From the IMG/VR virus record IMGVR_UViG_3300025655_003190, positions 1-52,216 of that record: 52,216 nt of DNA; one strand, written 5' to 3'. The translations under genes and the position numbers were made by a program. Below, piece by piece: positions 10,249 through 19,941 of the stretch. Every line of letters begins with the position of its first letter. Within the stretch, counting starts at the first letter, position 1. This DNA comes from a virus. Lineage: Duplodnaviria > Caudoviricetes. The notes under the pieces are model-generated. The model was not told where the DNA came from. It worked only from the letters and a program-made list of their open reading frames with translations, and searched no databases.

Positions 10249-10277
10249 AAAAAGCCCAGTATAAAACTGGGCTTTTT
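10249..10277. terminator. Intrinsic terminator, potentially bidirectional
   Basis: AAAAAGCCCAGT-ATAAA-ACTGGGCTTTTT perfect stem with A/T tracts on both sides, just after the 99-aa gene. Confidence 0.85.
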
Positions 10278-10299
10278 AGGTTTGTTGTCAGTAAAATAA

Positions 10300-10599
10300 T
10301 TACTGAGTGAAACCAGTTACGTCTGCAATAGTGTATGCTTGGCTGTCAGTTGCTGTGTAAGCACCTGCTGCAAAGTCGCTATCTTCAGCACCGCTGATAA
10401 TGAAGTAAGCGGTAGCTGTAGTACCTGCTGTGAAAGCGCCAACAACTTCGATAGTAGCTAGTTGCTGAATGCTTTCTACTAGAGCGTCCATGTTAGCTTG
10501 GGTCATTGCTGAACCCTTAGCGAAGCTCTTTACTAATAGGTTACGACCTACAAATTCACCTGCACCTGCATAACCGTGTGCGCGAGTTACTCCTGGCAT
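10300..10599 (-). CDS. Small Ala/Thr-rich protein, probably a highly expressed virion protein
   Basis: Strong AGGAG RBS, own TATAAATA promoter and own terminator. Confidence 0.6.
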   Translation of the reverse strand: MPGVTRAHGYAGAGEFVGRNLLVKSFAKGSAMTQANMDALVESIQQLATIEVVGAFTAGTTATAYFIISGAEDSDFAAGAYTATDSQAYTIADVTGFTQ

Positions 10600-10630
10600 A
10601 ATAATTCTCCTAATGTTTGTTTGTTAATAT

Positions 10631-10638
10631 TATTTATA
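10631..10638 (-). promoter_or_regulatory. T4-late-type promoter TATAAATA
   Basis: Exact octamer in the intergenic gap. Confidence 0.65.
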
Positions 10639-10654
10639 TAAAAGACAAAAAAAC

Positions 10655-12553
10655 TTATCCTAGTTCAGGATTGTTTTTTGCGAAATTTGCTTGACTGAAA
10701 CGCATGCGATCTACAAACTTAACAGGGCCGTGTTCTGTGTCTGCTACATAACCTTCATGCCCTGGTTCGCCAGCGATATGAGCATGTACTGACCCTGCTT
10801 GTTGGTCAAGTTGGCGCACGATATCGCTTTTTACCTGTGAAATCACTAAAAATGCCTTAATGATCGCAGCAAATCCTTTCTTATGTTCAGCTATGTATTG
10901 CTTAATGTTTGCAGCTTTTTGCTGACTTGGCGCTGCTGTTTCAATCCAGCCAATGAATCCGCCTGCTAGATTATCATAATGTCCTTCTCTAACACGAGCG
11001 TTAACATACTTTTTAATTTGTTGCGGAAGATCAGAAATTTTACGATTTCTAAACTCTTCCGGACGCATAAAATCATTAACTAGCGGAATTAAGTCCTTTA
11101 GTGCTTCTAACGCTTCGCGGTCGCGTTTAGGCATGCTTACATGTGGATCTTCGTCAAAGTAAGGATCTAGTATTAGCACACCAGGCGAATGACGTAGGCT
11201 ATTGCCTACATGCTTAATAGCTTGACTAGTTCCATCTTCATCTACGTGAGTATGTATAGCAACAGCAACTTCTGCTTTGCTAATAGCATGACCAATATCC
11301 GAATCAGCATCAACTTCGTATGTAATAGTGTTTGGAGTAAACACATAACGATTTTGCTTACTCTTTTCTGGCTTAGGTTGTTCAGGAGTACCAAACAACA
11401 AATCGCCTTGAACATATCCTTTAAATGAAGGCGGTACTATTCGTTCTAATAATGGAAATAGCTTTTGGTACATGGCAATTAATTCGCTACGCTCACCTTT
11501 GCGTTGACTCATTATGCTTGCTAACATTTCTGGGCTTGTTGCTCTACCATCATAACCTTTAGCACCAAACCCCGATTTATCAGTTAATACAAATTGACCT
11601 TTTAGATTGCGTCCAAAAATAACAGCAGGTTTGCCATCCCATTTAATTGTAACATGCTCGGTAGTATCTGCCATATTAGAAAGAATACTAATAGCTTGTT
11701 CTATGCCGCGGCCGCCTTGTGTAAATGGCAAATCTTCTGGATGCTCAATACGGGCTTCCATTAAGTTTTGTTCATATAAACCGTAAATACCCGGTGTGGT
11801 TAATCTATCACGTAGTTTAGCAAGGAAATAACTTTCAGATACACCTTGCTCTAATTGTAGTCCTTCGCGTTCAAAATATTCGCGAGCATCTTTAATCTTT
11901 GCTTCGCGATTAGGGTCACGTGCTAGTGCATTCATAATAGTTTCAACAGAGTGTAAATCTTCTTTACGTGCTGTTGGGCTTAATAAAACTTTAGCAATCT
12001 TGTCCCAGTTATTTGTTACAAGTTCATTAGTATCTCTTGCGATCAATCCTTGTGTTTGGTTGATTTTGTAGCCTGCTGCTTTAGCAATAGAACTCAATAG
12101 CACATTACGGTGCATTCCCTTAAAGTTTGAATCTGGAGCAGAGTGTAGGAAATAGGTTGAGTATGCTAAATCAGGTACAAACATAAAGTCAGTTTGTACA
12201 AAGCCATACTCTGGATTGCCTGCAATAGGTGTCTTAAAGTGTACATTAATTCCAGACTTTTTAATCCATTCTTTAGGATTACCGTTGTTTGCTTCTACCC
12301 AACGTGTTAGTGTGTTAACTAATCCATCTTTATTATATTTTGAAGCGTCAACACCTAGGTCTAAATCACCCGACGTTGCTTTCTTTCCTGTTGTACCAAG
12401 CATATTTTGTAACAACGGAAGAGCAGTTATTTGTTCTAACCACTTAACAGTTGGTTTTACATAATCGCGGTCAATACGATCTGTTGCCGACGATCCATCG
12501 GCATTCTTAAATACGTTTCCGCCTTCAAGTAAAGTATAAACTGATTTCATCAT
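10655..12553 (-). CDS. Two-domain protein: Pol-beta-type nucleotidyltransferase-like N-terminus plus ATP-dependent ligase-like C-terminus
   Basis: LGTTGKKATSGDLDLGVD and VQTDFM (NTase-like); TIKWDGKPA, QGDLLF, HEGYV and VKFVDR (ligase motif-like). Confidence 0.6.
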   Translation of the reverse strand: MMKSVYTLLEGGNVFKNADGSSATDRIDRDYVKPTVKWLEQITALPLLQNMLGTTGKKATSGDLDLGVDASKYNKDGLVNTLTRWVEANNGNPKEWIKKSGINVHFKTPIAGNPEYGFVQTDFMFVPDLAYSTYFLHSAPDSNFKGMHRNVLLSSIAKAAGYKINQTQGLIARDTNELVTNNWDKIAKVLLSPTARKEDLHSVETIMNALARDPNREAKIKDAREYFEREGLQLEQGVSESYFLAKLRDRLTTPGIYGLYEQNLMEARIEHPEDLPFTQGGRGIEQAISILSNMADTTEHVTIKWDGKPAVIFGRNLKGQFVLTDKSGFGAKGYDGRATSPEMLASIMSQRKGERSELIAMYQKLFPLLERIVPPSFKGYVQGDLLFGTPEQPKPEKSKQNRYVFTPNTITYEVDADSDIGHAISKAEVAVAIHTHVDEDGTSQAIKHVGNSLRHSPGVLILDPYFDEDPHVSMPKRDREALEALKDLIPLVNDFMRPEEFRNRKISDLPQQIKKYVNARVREGHYDNLAGGFIGWIETAAPSQQKAANIKQYIAEHKKGFAAIIKAFLVISQVKSDIVRQLDQQAGSVHAHIAGEPGHEGYVADTEHGPVKFVDRMRFSQANFAKNNPELG

Positions 12554-13497
12554 TTATGTCCAGTTTCCACTTTCCATTGTGTTACTTCTTCAGGAGTTAA
12601 TTCTGCCCAACTTGATGGCGGATTGGTTGAGACAATTGCTGTTTGGCGTGCATTTTCCCAAATACCCTGGTTAAGTAACTGTGCTGAATTAATGTTCAAC
12701 ACAGCTATAATGTCAAAGTCCTTTACAAGTGTATCGTCATTTAATAAAACGTGAGCCGGATTATCTGGAGTGAACACCCGTCTTAGAACTGGCTTTTGTT
12801 GTTTTTGCCGATGTCTAACTTTCTGATTTCTAGTTTTACGTGCTTCAGTAGTTGTACCTACAACTACTGTCTTATCCATATCATACCAGCGTCCATTAAA
12901 TTTAACAAACTTATGCGGTTGATTATCGCCGTTATTATTTTTTATAGTGTACATTAAAATAATAACAGGAACTTTTAATCCAGCAGTAACCTTAACCCAG
13001 TTCGGAAGTTTGCTTCCGTATGATACTGAGGCTAATTTCATCGACTGCACATCAACTTTGTCTGCTTTGGTTGCCATTTTAGAACCAATTGCACTTAAAA
13101 TAATAGCCAATGCTGCATTTTGCGATTCATTGTTATTCAAATCGTCGCCGTTTTTTAACAATATATCTACTGCGTCTTCGACTGTTTTAGTGGGACTTGC
13201 ACCTAATTCTTTATATACCAACTTTTGTAGTACTGCTCGGTAATAGGATTCGTCAACACCTTTGTCGGCGTATGCACTTTGTAGTTGATACCGCTGATTC
13301 AGCCATTGGTTAATAAAAGACTTGACTGCTAACCGATTGCTTCGTGCCTGCATTGCTCTATTTTTAATCTGGTCCCATGATAATCCTTTGCCTAACTCTT
13401 GCTTTAAAGTTCTAGCATAGGTCATCATATCTCCCCAATCAAGGAAGATCTCATTGAGCTGTGTTTTATTTTCAACTAAAATATCAGATATCTTCAT
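12550..13497 (-). CDS. Hypothetical protein, possible internal head protein
   Basis: N-terminus MKISDILVE...LNE. Confidence 0.6.
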   Translation of the reverse strand: MKISDILVENKTQLNEIFLDWGDMMTYARTLKQELGKGLSWDQIKNRAMQARSNRLAVKSFINQWLNQRYQLQSAYADKGVDESYYRAVLQKLVYKELGASPTKTVEDAVDILLKNGDDLNNNESQNAALAIILSAIGSKMATKADKVDVQSMKLASVSYGSKLPNWVKVTAGLKVPVIILMYTIKNNNGDNQPHKFVKFNGRWYDMDKTVVVGTTTEARKTRNQKVRHRQKQQKPVLRRVFTPDNPAHVLLNDDTLVKDFDIIAVLNINSAQLLNQGIWENARQTAIVSTNPPSSWAELTPEEVTQWKVETGHK

Positions 13498-13732
13498 CAG
13501 TGCGCCTTAGACTTCTTTCAAACTTTTTAGGGTCTCTTGATCGTATTGCATTTAACAACTTACGATTTAATACCTCTGCTGCTTCGCTGTCGTAGTTTGA
13601 ATCAATAAATTCCATAAGTCTAATAGCACTAGAGATGACATTATTAGCTCGACTTTCAACTAAATGCGATCTATCGCGTTCTACATATAAACTTTCTAAT
13701 TCTTCAAGAATACTACGTGTGCGTTTTTGCAT
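13484..13732 (-). CDS. Hypothetical protein
   Basis: Probable start MQKRTRSILEEL at 13732, downstream of TAAATA at 13755-13760. Confidence 0.65.
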   Translation of the reverse strand: MQKRTRSILEELESLYVERDRSHLVESRANNVISSAIRLMEFIDSNYDSEAAEVLNRKLLNAIRSRDPKKFERSLRRTDEDI

Positions 13733-13757
13733 TGTGGTTCTCTTTTTAATGTTGTAT

Positions 13758-14645
13758 TTATTCAATTACCAATTGAATACCTTGCTCAAACGATCGCGGA
13801 GCATAAGTTGGGTAAAGTTCTTTAAGCTGACTAATGTCTGGGCGGCGTCTTTGGGTACTTCCAGGACGGCTTGGTGCGCAAACCCAGTTAATATTGATAA
13901 TTCCTAGCTTTAGAGCAATAATATTAGCAGCATCGATAGTCGACAATTCTCTATCATTGCCAACATTAACAACTCGACCTTGTACATTATTACCTAAATA
14001 TATCGAAGCATCTACTGCATCATCAACATAACAATAACTTCTAGTTTCGTTGCATCCAATTAATTCAAAATTATTGTTTTTAATTTTTTCAATGATATCA
14101 TAAACAAAATGCCCTGGTAAACTATATTTGCCGTAAATGTTGAAATATCTAATTGCTACCCAAGGTAAATTAGAATTAGCTAGATAATTCTCTGAGCAGA
14201 TTTTTGCTAATCTATAACACCATCGAGGGTTATGTATGTTATCAATTGTTATATCCGTTGTTTCGTCAATAATATCATGTGGATGCCCGCTTGGAACTTC
14301 GCTACTACTGGCATACACAATTTTTTGAAGATTTTTATTTTGTTTAGCAAACTGAAATAATGCGAGGTCTGTGCCAACATTATTTTCTAAAAGTTCGTTA
14401 GCCATTGAATAGAAATATTTTGTTCCGTTAATTGCACTATAGTGATAGATATAATCAAAATCTGTGTCAAGGTCCTTTAATGCATCAACGACATTTGATT
14501 GAATATAACAATCTGCGTTAGGGGTGCGTTGTGATCTAAAATTGTTATCAATAGCTACAACTTCGTTACCTGACTGCTTTAGCTGATTACAAAGTTCATG
14601 CCCTAGGAGTCCACTTGCTCCTGTAACTAAAATTTTTGCTGCCAT
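13758..14645 (-). CDS. NAD-dependent NDP-sugar epimerase/dehydratase (UDP-glucuronate decarboxylase-like)
   Basis: TGASGLLG, ASSSEV, PRWCYRLAK (YxxxK), RYFNIYG, TRSYCYVDD. Confidence 0.88.
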   Translation of the reverse strand: MAAKILVTGASGLLGHELCNQLKQSGNEVVAIDNNFRSQRTPNADCYIQSNVVDALKDLDTDFDYIYHYSAINGTKYFYSMANELLENNVGTDLALFQFAKQNKNLQKIVYASSSEVPSGHPHDIIDETTDITIDNIHNPRWCYRLAKICSENYLANSNLPWVAIRYFNIYGKYSLPGHFVYDIIEKIKNNNFELIGCNETRSYCYVDDAVDASIYLGNNVQGRVVNVGNDRELSTIDAANIIALKLGIININWVCAPSRPGSTQRRRPDISQLKELYPTYAPRSFEQGIQLVIE

Positions 14646-15364
14646 TTTTTGTTTAACTCCTTTATATGCTTAAACCAGTTTTGTGCTGGATCTTCGTCTT
14701 CTAGTGTTTCGATTAAAAAATCAAAATCTTTTGGCAAGCACTTGCCGCCAAACCCACGTGTACCGTCGTGTCCTGGTACTTCCATATATGTTTGATCGTG
14801 TTGTACTTTTAAAAAAGTATCTTTAACTTTATTATAGTCTGCACCCATTCGTTGAGCTAGATCATAAAACACATTAGCAAATGCAATGCGCAACACTCCA
14901 AAATTATTAGAAAACATTTTAATTAGTTCTGCTTCAGCTGTAGTACATCTAATAATATCTTCGTTAGACAACCAGTCTGGAAGACTATCGGTCCCGTCAT
15001 ACCCTACTACAAGAGGTCTGTTTAAACAATCAGTATCCCAGTACCGTTCTCGTAAAAATTCCGGCATGTAAATTATATTACCAATCTCGTCATGTATTCG
15101 TTTACAAGAATGCAACGAAAGTGTACTACGTACTACAATAGTAACATCTGGGTTCAATTTTTTTAATTCTTTAATTTCATGTATAACTGTATTAATGTCA
15201 TCATTGGTGTTTGTTGGTATGCAAACAAATACCGTGTGAGAATTTTTAAGAATCGTTCGATCGGTGTGTAATAAAAGATCATGTATTACACATTCTCGGT
15301 CTTTAATTAATCCTTTATGGGTTCCTTTTCCAACATATCCATAACCTAGAATTCCAAACATCAT
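14627..15364 (-). CDS. ugd: UDP-glucose/GDP-mannose 6-dehydrogenase family protein, short form
   Basis: GYGYVG, CIPT, RST, PEFLRE, AELIK, GFGGKCLPKD (catalytic Cys); lacks the usual C-terminal domain. Confidence 0.8.
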   Translation of the reverse strand: MMFGILGYGYVGKGTHKGLIKDRECVIHDLLLHTDRTILKNSHTVFVCIPTNTNDDINTVIHEIKELKKLNPDVTIVVRSTLSLHSCKRIHDEIGNIIYMPEFLRERYWDTDCLNRPLVVGYDGTDSLPDWLSNEDIIRCTTAEAELIKMFSNNFGVLRIAFANVFYDLAQRMGADYNKVKDTFLKVQHDQTYMEVPGHDGTRGFGGKCLPKDFDFLIETLEDEDPAQNWFKHIKELNKKWQQKF

Positions 15365-16746
15365 CCTCCTCCTTTAATTGCGTTCAGTAGATTATTGAGC
15401 TTACTTCCGTCTACATTAGCAGCAATTTTTTTAGTATCCTGGGTAGAGTTTGTTGCATTACTAATTGGCTTGATGCTATTCATAATGTTTGAAGTTGTTG
15501 GCATGTTAGAATCTTCTGATTGATCACAATCAGAAATACGTAATGTTTCTATATCAAATTCTAAATCCACTTTTGAACCAACGCCAGAACTTGAACGTGT
15601 TTTCATTAACTGGATTTGATAGCGGCCACGCTCGCGCATTGCTCTTGACGTAAAAATACCAAACACATTGTCTGCTGTGTTAATCTTAGAAATACCACCT
15701 GAAATATGCGAGTGGTCAAACTCAATTTCTTCTACTGCTGAACGGTTTAACTGTGATGCAGTTACCATAATAACGTTTAATTCCTTTGCTAAGTTGCGAA
15801 TTTCTTCTGACACATACTTGTCCTTAACAAACAAATCACTTGGACTTACTTTAGCACTTACTGGCATTAACAAGTCCAGATAGTCAATACACAAAAAGTC
15901 CACAGTAACACCAGTTTGGATTTGTAATTCTTTAATGTAACTACGAATATCATTTACTGTACTTTGTGCCGGCATGTACTTGATACGAAACTTGCCAGAC
16001 TTCTTCTGCATCATCTTAACTTTCATTTCAACATTATCAATGTCCTTAAATACTTCCTTGCTAGATGTATTAGTCATCATTGAGTCAATACGCATCGAAC
16101 ACAAATCTTCTGAAAGTTCTAACGAAATATATACGCCATTGAGTCCTGCTTGTACCCAGTTCACGCTTAGATTCTGCATAAACAAACTTTTACCCGAACC
16201 TGAACCACCGGCAAAAATCTGTAGTTCTCCTCTATTAAATCCACCATACAACGCACGGTCTAAGTTAAGCCAACCTGTACTAACTTGTCCGTTGTTGGAC
16301 TTAATATTCATTAGACGTGTACGCGGATCTTCAAAGTAATCTGTGCCCATATCCTTGTGTAAACTAATTTGTACCGCATCTTTAACAAGTTTTTCTACTG
16401 GATCAAAGTCACCTTTTTCTAACAAGTCTGCTGATTTAAGAATTGCACGTTCTAGCTCTTGCCGCCTGGTAAACTTTTCAAACTCCTCCATGAACCAATC
16501 ATAATGTCCATCTTTCATCTCCGGAGGAATTGGTTTTAGCTTCGCACCTACCGCAGCATTGAGTTGTTCTAATTCGGGCATAGTCTTATATTTGTCGCTA
16601 TGCTCTTTAATAAACGTTGCTGCTTCACGTAAACTTGGATCAAAATTATCTACGTTGTAGATGTTCTGAACACGCACATAACTTTGTGCATCCCCAAGCA
16701 TCATTTCTAAAAATAACTTTTGTATATCTACTGAATAATCTTTCAT
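15361..16746 (-). CDS. Replicative DnaB-family helicase (T4 gp41-like)
   Basis: Walker A GGSGSGKS, SLEL, IDYLDL, TASQLNR, MKTR. Confidence 0.93.
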   Translation of the reverse strand: MKDYSVDIQKLFLEMMLGDAQSYVRVQNIYNVDNFDPSLREAATFIKEHSDKYKTMPELEQLNAAVGAKLKPIPPEMKDGHYDWFMEEFEKFTRRQELERAILKSADLLEKGDFDPVEKLVKDAVQISLHKDMGTDYFEDPRTRLMNIKSNNGQVSTGWLNLDRALYGGFNRGELQIFAGGSGSGKSLFMQNLSVNWVQAGLNGVYISLELSEDLCSMRIDSMMTNTSSKEVFKDIDNVEMKVKMMQKKSGKFRIKYMPAQSTVNDIRSYIKELQIQTGVTVDFLCIDYLDLLMPVSAKVSPSDLFVKDKYVSEEIRNLAKELNVIMVTASQLNRSAVEEIEFDHSHISGGISKINTADNVFGIFTSRAMRERGRYQIQLMKTRSSSGVGSKVDLEFDIETLRISDCDQSEDSNMPTTSNIMNSIKPISNATNSTQDTKKIAANVDGSKLNNLLNAIKGGG

Positions 16747-17705
16747 AGTTTCCTTTTAAGAGCCTTGCGTGCTAACTCAATCTTGACTTTGCTAGAATTT
16801 TTATTATTAATAATATCAATCAGGGTATTTAATCTGCCATAACGTTGTACAGCGTCATTTATATCTTTAATATCTGCATCCCATTCTGGGATACTTACTG
16901 AAAACCCATACTTAACTGCATCATCAATCAGTGCTAGACCTGCTTGATCATGATCTGGTACTACAACAACTTCCCTGTTAAGTCGACGTAGGACCGCAGC
17001 TTGAGTATCACTAATTCTATTTGTTGTTACTGCTACTCCATCAATGCTTAACGCATCAAATTGTCCTTCGACTACAACCACAAACTGCCAATTATCGTGT
17101 TGATTGTCTATACCAAACACGTATCCTGTTTGTTGCTCATGTAAGTACTTCGGTCGTCTATTGTCAAGGAAACGGGTGGTATGTCCTACAATTTTATTAT
17201 TGTACGTATACGGTATCAACACGCCTAGTCTTGGTTGATCCGGATCGATCATATATGGATAGTCCCAGGGATCTATTCCTCTGTTGCGTAAGTATTCTAT
17301 TATTTCTGAATCAGAATCTTCAATTAAACGTGCATTTGCTGGCAATGATGTTTCATTAAAATGAACACGCTGTTCTTCATCTGCACGCTCACGCAAAATT
17401 TGATTTACATCTTTGTGCTTTAGACTTTCCAGATTTAACCGCTGTACTTCAATTTCTGGCACGCCCATCCATTTAAGCAAACGTTGTGCTTTATAACTTA
17501 CAGGATATCCAAGAGTAAAGCTAGCAGTATAGCCGCAATTGAAACAGTGATAGCTCCAGTCTGTATCCGTCGAAAACTTGAGTCCTCCGCGCATACGTCT
17601 GTCAGCAGTTTCCCCGTTGTGTATACAACAAGGAGCATTAAAACTAGTCCAACCAGAAGTAGAAGTTTTACGTTTTCCATTGATGTAAGATAGTATATTT
17701 AACAC
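16743..17705 (-). CDS. DNA primase (T4 gp61-like; Zn finger + TOPRIM)
   Basis: PCC...YHCFNCG zinc domain; VVEGQFDA and PDHDQAG TOPRIM motifs; adjacent to the helicase. Confidence 0.9.
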   Translation of the reverse strand: MLNILSYINGKRKTSTSGWTSFNAPCCIHNGETADRRMRGGLKFSTDTDWSYHCFNCGYTASFTLGYPVSYKAQRLLKWMGVPEIEVQRLNLESLKHKDVNQILRERADEEQRVHFNETSLPANARLIEDSDSEIIEYLRNRGIDPWDYPYMIDPDQPRLGVLIPYTYNNKIVGHTTRFLDNRRPKYLHEQQTGYVFGIDNQHDNWQFVVVVEGQFDALSIDGVAVTTNRISDTQAAVLRRLNREVVVVPDHDQAGLALIDDAVKYGFSVSIPEWDADIKDINDAVQRYGRLNTLIDIINNKNSSKVKIELARKALKRKL

Positions 17706-17711
17706 TTTATA

Positions 17712-17741
17712 ATTATAGCATATTTACGTTGTGTTTGTCAA
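17712..17741 (-). promoter_or_regulatory. Sigma70-type promoter for primase, likely leaderless
   Basis: TTGACA-18 nt-TATAAT with extended TG; GTG start 6 nt downstream. Confidence 0.75.
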
Positions 17742-17759
17742 CGCTATATAAATATCTTG

Positions 17760-18875
17760 ATGAACAAAACATACTGCCCATCTATCCACGGTGGTATCTC
17801 AATTAACTTAACTAAAGATGGCCGAGGTGTTGTTAAACCGTGTTGCGAAATTTTTATGCCAATGGTTTATATTGATTCCCTTACCCAACCAATATTTGAC
17901 CACCCTGAGTTTTTGAAACGCAAACAAGCAAACGATCAAAATCAATGGGATCAAGGATGCAACGGATGCCGCGCCATTGAAGAAAGCGGCGGATACAGTT
18001 ATCGTCAAAGTCAAATTGATCGATTCGGAACTTCTAACAATAAAGAACATTTAGCTGTGTTGGACTTAATGTACGACACCAGTTGTAACTTAGCTTGTCG
18101 AACATGCGGTCCAGCATCAAGTACCTATTGGCAAAAGCACCTTAAAGATAACAACATTAAATTACCGGCAATCCAGCCACAGTCTCATCAAAACTTATCT
18201 AATACTGTCTTAAACACCATATTAACGCAACGTATTAAAACTGTTGATCAAGTAAAACTCAGCGGCGGCGAACCATTAATGAATCCAGGCTACTGGAATT
18301 TATTAGAACAAATGATAAACCAAATGCCTGGAGTATTTACTAACTCTGAACTACATGTACAGACCAACGGTACTCATTCATTATCCAAGGTACACCAAAA
18401 TATATTTTCAAAATTTAGATTGGTTAGAATAAGTTTTTCGATCGACGGCATTCAAAGTCAATTTGAATATCTTCGCTGGCCAGCATTATGGTCGCAAGCT
18501 ACTGATAATATCTTAAAAATGAGGGATACTGCACCTTCAAATGTAATGTTTAATTTTGAAGAAACTATTAGTATCTTTAATTTGTTTAATCGGCATCGCC
18601 TTCCAGAATGGATTGCAAACAATATCCCTACTAACCGCGACGGCGATCCAGTAATTTACAATATGCATTTAGCGCACGGTGATTTTTCAGTTCAAAATCT
18701 TAGCAATGAATATGCCGCTGCAATCAATTACAAATTCTTACCAAACAACTTTGTCGAGAATCACAATAACATTTGCGCAATGATAGATAAAATAAATCAG
18801 TTTGACAATTTACGTCAACAAAATTGGCTACACGCATTTCCAGAATTAGCCGAATTCTATATTAGATTCATCTAA
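17760..18875 (+). CDS. Radical SAM protein with N-terminal Cys-rich (twitch-like) domain
   Basis: YCP...KPCC...CNGC, then CNLACRTC, SGGEPL, TNGT, SIDG; TATAAATA at 17747-17754. Confidence 0.88.
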   Translation: MNKTYCPSIHGGISINLTKDGRGVVKPCCEIFMPMVYIDSLTQPIFDHPEFLKRKQANDQNQWDQGCNGCRAIEESGGYSYRQSQIDRFGTSNNKEHLAVLDLMYDTSCNLACRTCGPASSTYWQKHLKDNNIKLPAIQPQSHQNLSNTVLNTILTQRIKTVDQVKLSGGEPLMNPGYWNLLEQMINQMPGVFTNSELHVQTNGTHSLSKVHQNIFSKFRLVRISFSIDGIQSQFEYLRWPALWSQATDNILKMRDTAPSNVMFNFEETISIFNLFNRHRLPEWIANNIPTNRDGDPVIYNMHLAHGDFSVQNLSNEYAAAINYKFLPNNFVENHNNICAMIDKINQFDNLRQQNWLHAFPELAEFYIRFI

Positions 18876-19568
18876 CCAAGATATAATACGTTCGGCAATA
18901 ATCTTATGTCCGGTTTCATTTGGATGTCTCTGTGGCGCAAACACTTCTTGACCGTATCCTTGAAGGTATGCACGCATATTATCCATTGGTGCGTAATATG
19001 TAGGTACCGAAATTGCTCCAGGTATTACATTTAGCACATTAAATTGTACTACCGGGATGTTGTATCTTGCAGCAATGCCATCAAATAACAATAAAGTTTC
19101 GTTTAAATTTTTTAATTGCAATTCGTCGCACATTTGATCGTCGATAAAACTTTTAAATGCATTGCGCCAATTATCTGAATAATTTAAATTATCGTGCAAC
19201 ATCCAGGCACTATGAACATGCTTGTTCCACTCCGGATCACCATGACCTGGCTCATGGGCAGCGTTATGCCAACTCCAACGCCATGATTCCGTTAACCCTA
19301 CTAACAAAATTGTGTCTTGAACATCGTGATTAGACACGTACCACGTAACTGTATCACGCATTGATACTAAACTAGCACCCGGAAATGCAAGATTTTCTAA
19401 TTCTAGCCCGTAGTGATTAGCAACTAATCCAGGGTATCCGTGGGCAAGCCGATACGGGGTATTATAATCCCACCACTTAGGTTGATGTTTAGAATTTACA
19501 AATTCTGGATCATCAAGCTCGTCGCCAAAGGTCCAGGAGCAGCCAAACGCTACAAGTTTCTTAATCAT
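18846..19568 (-). CDS. SGNH/GDSL hydrolase-like protein
   Basis: FGCSWTFG (block I), NLAFPGAS, HPNETGH (block V). Confidence 0.75.
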   Translation of the reverse strand: MIKKLVAFGCSWTFGDELDDPEFVNSKHQPKWWDYNTPYRLAHGYPGLVANHYGLELENLAFPGASLVSMRDTVTWYVSNHDVQDTILLVGLTESWRWSWHNAAHEPGHGDPEWNKHVHSAWMLHDNLNYSDNWRNAFKSFIDDQMCDELQLKNLNETLLLFDGIAARYNIPVVQFNVLNVIPGAISVPTYYAPMDNMRAYLQGYGQEVFAPQRHPNETGHKIIAERIISWLDESNIEFG

Positions 19569-19582
19569 ACGTATAATTATGG

Positions 19583-19933
19583 TTAGTAATTAATGCGAAC
19601 TGAATTTACTGTGCCGTCTGTATATTCAACTACAGCACGTAGCCATACAAAGTTACCTGTGAAGTTAACTGCTGTATTGCCATCTTCTTGTGTTGTGCCG
19701 TCTGAAAACACAGTAATGTCTGCCCAATCAGTTGAGCCTGGATTTGTGACTAGACTGCCTTGAACGGTAATGGTTCCAGTAAATCCTGTTACAGAAAATA
19801 GCGCAGTATGGCGACCATCAGCTTGTCCGTAGTACCCGTTACCTTTGACTGCGTCACTGGTTACAGTTTGTACAGAGCTATCGCTAGGATGCGTTTGTTG
19901 TGAAACTAAAAGTTGTGTAGTAATTTGCGCCAT
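19583..19933 (-). CDS. Putative small virion structural protein
   Basis: Beta-rich, Thr/Gly-rich; similar to the C-terminal part of the next gene; TAAATA upstream. Confidence 0.55.
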   Translation of the reverse strand: MAQITTQLLVSQQTHPSDSSVQTVTSDAVKGNGYYGQADGRHTALFSVTGFTGTITVQGSLVTNPGSTDWADITVFSDGTTQEDGNTAVNFTGNFVWLRAVVEYTDGTVNSVRINY

Positions 19934-19941
19934 ATCAATAT

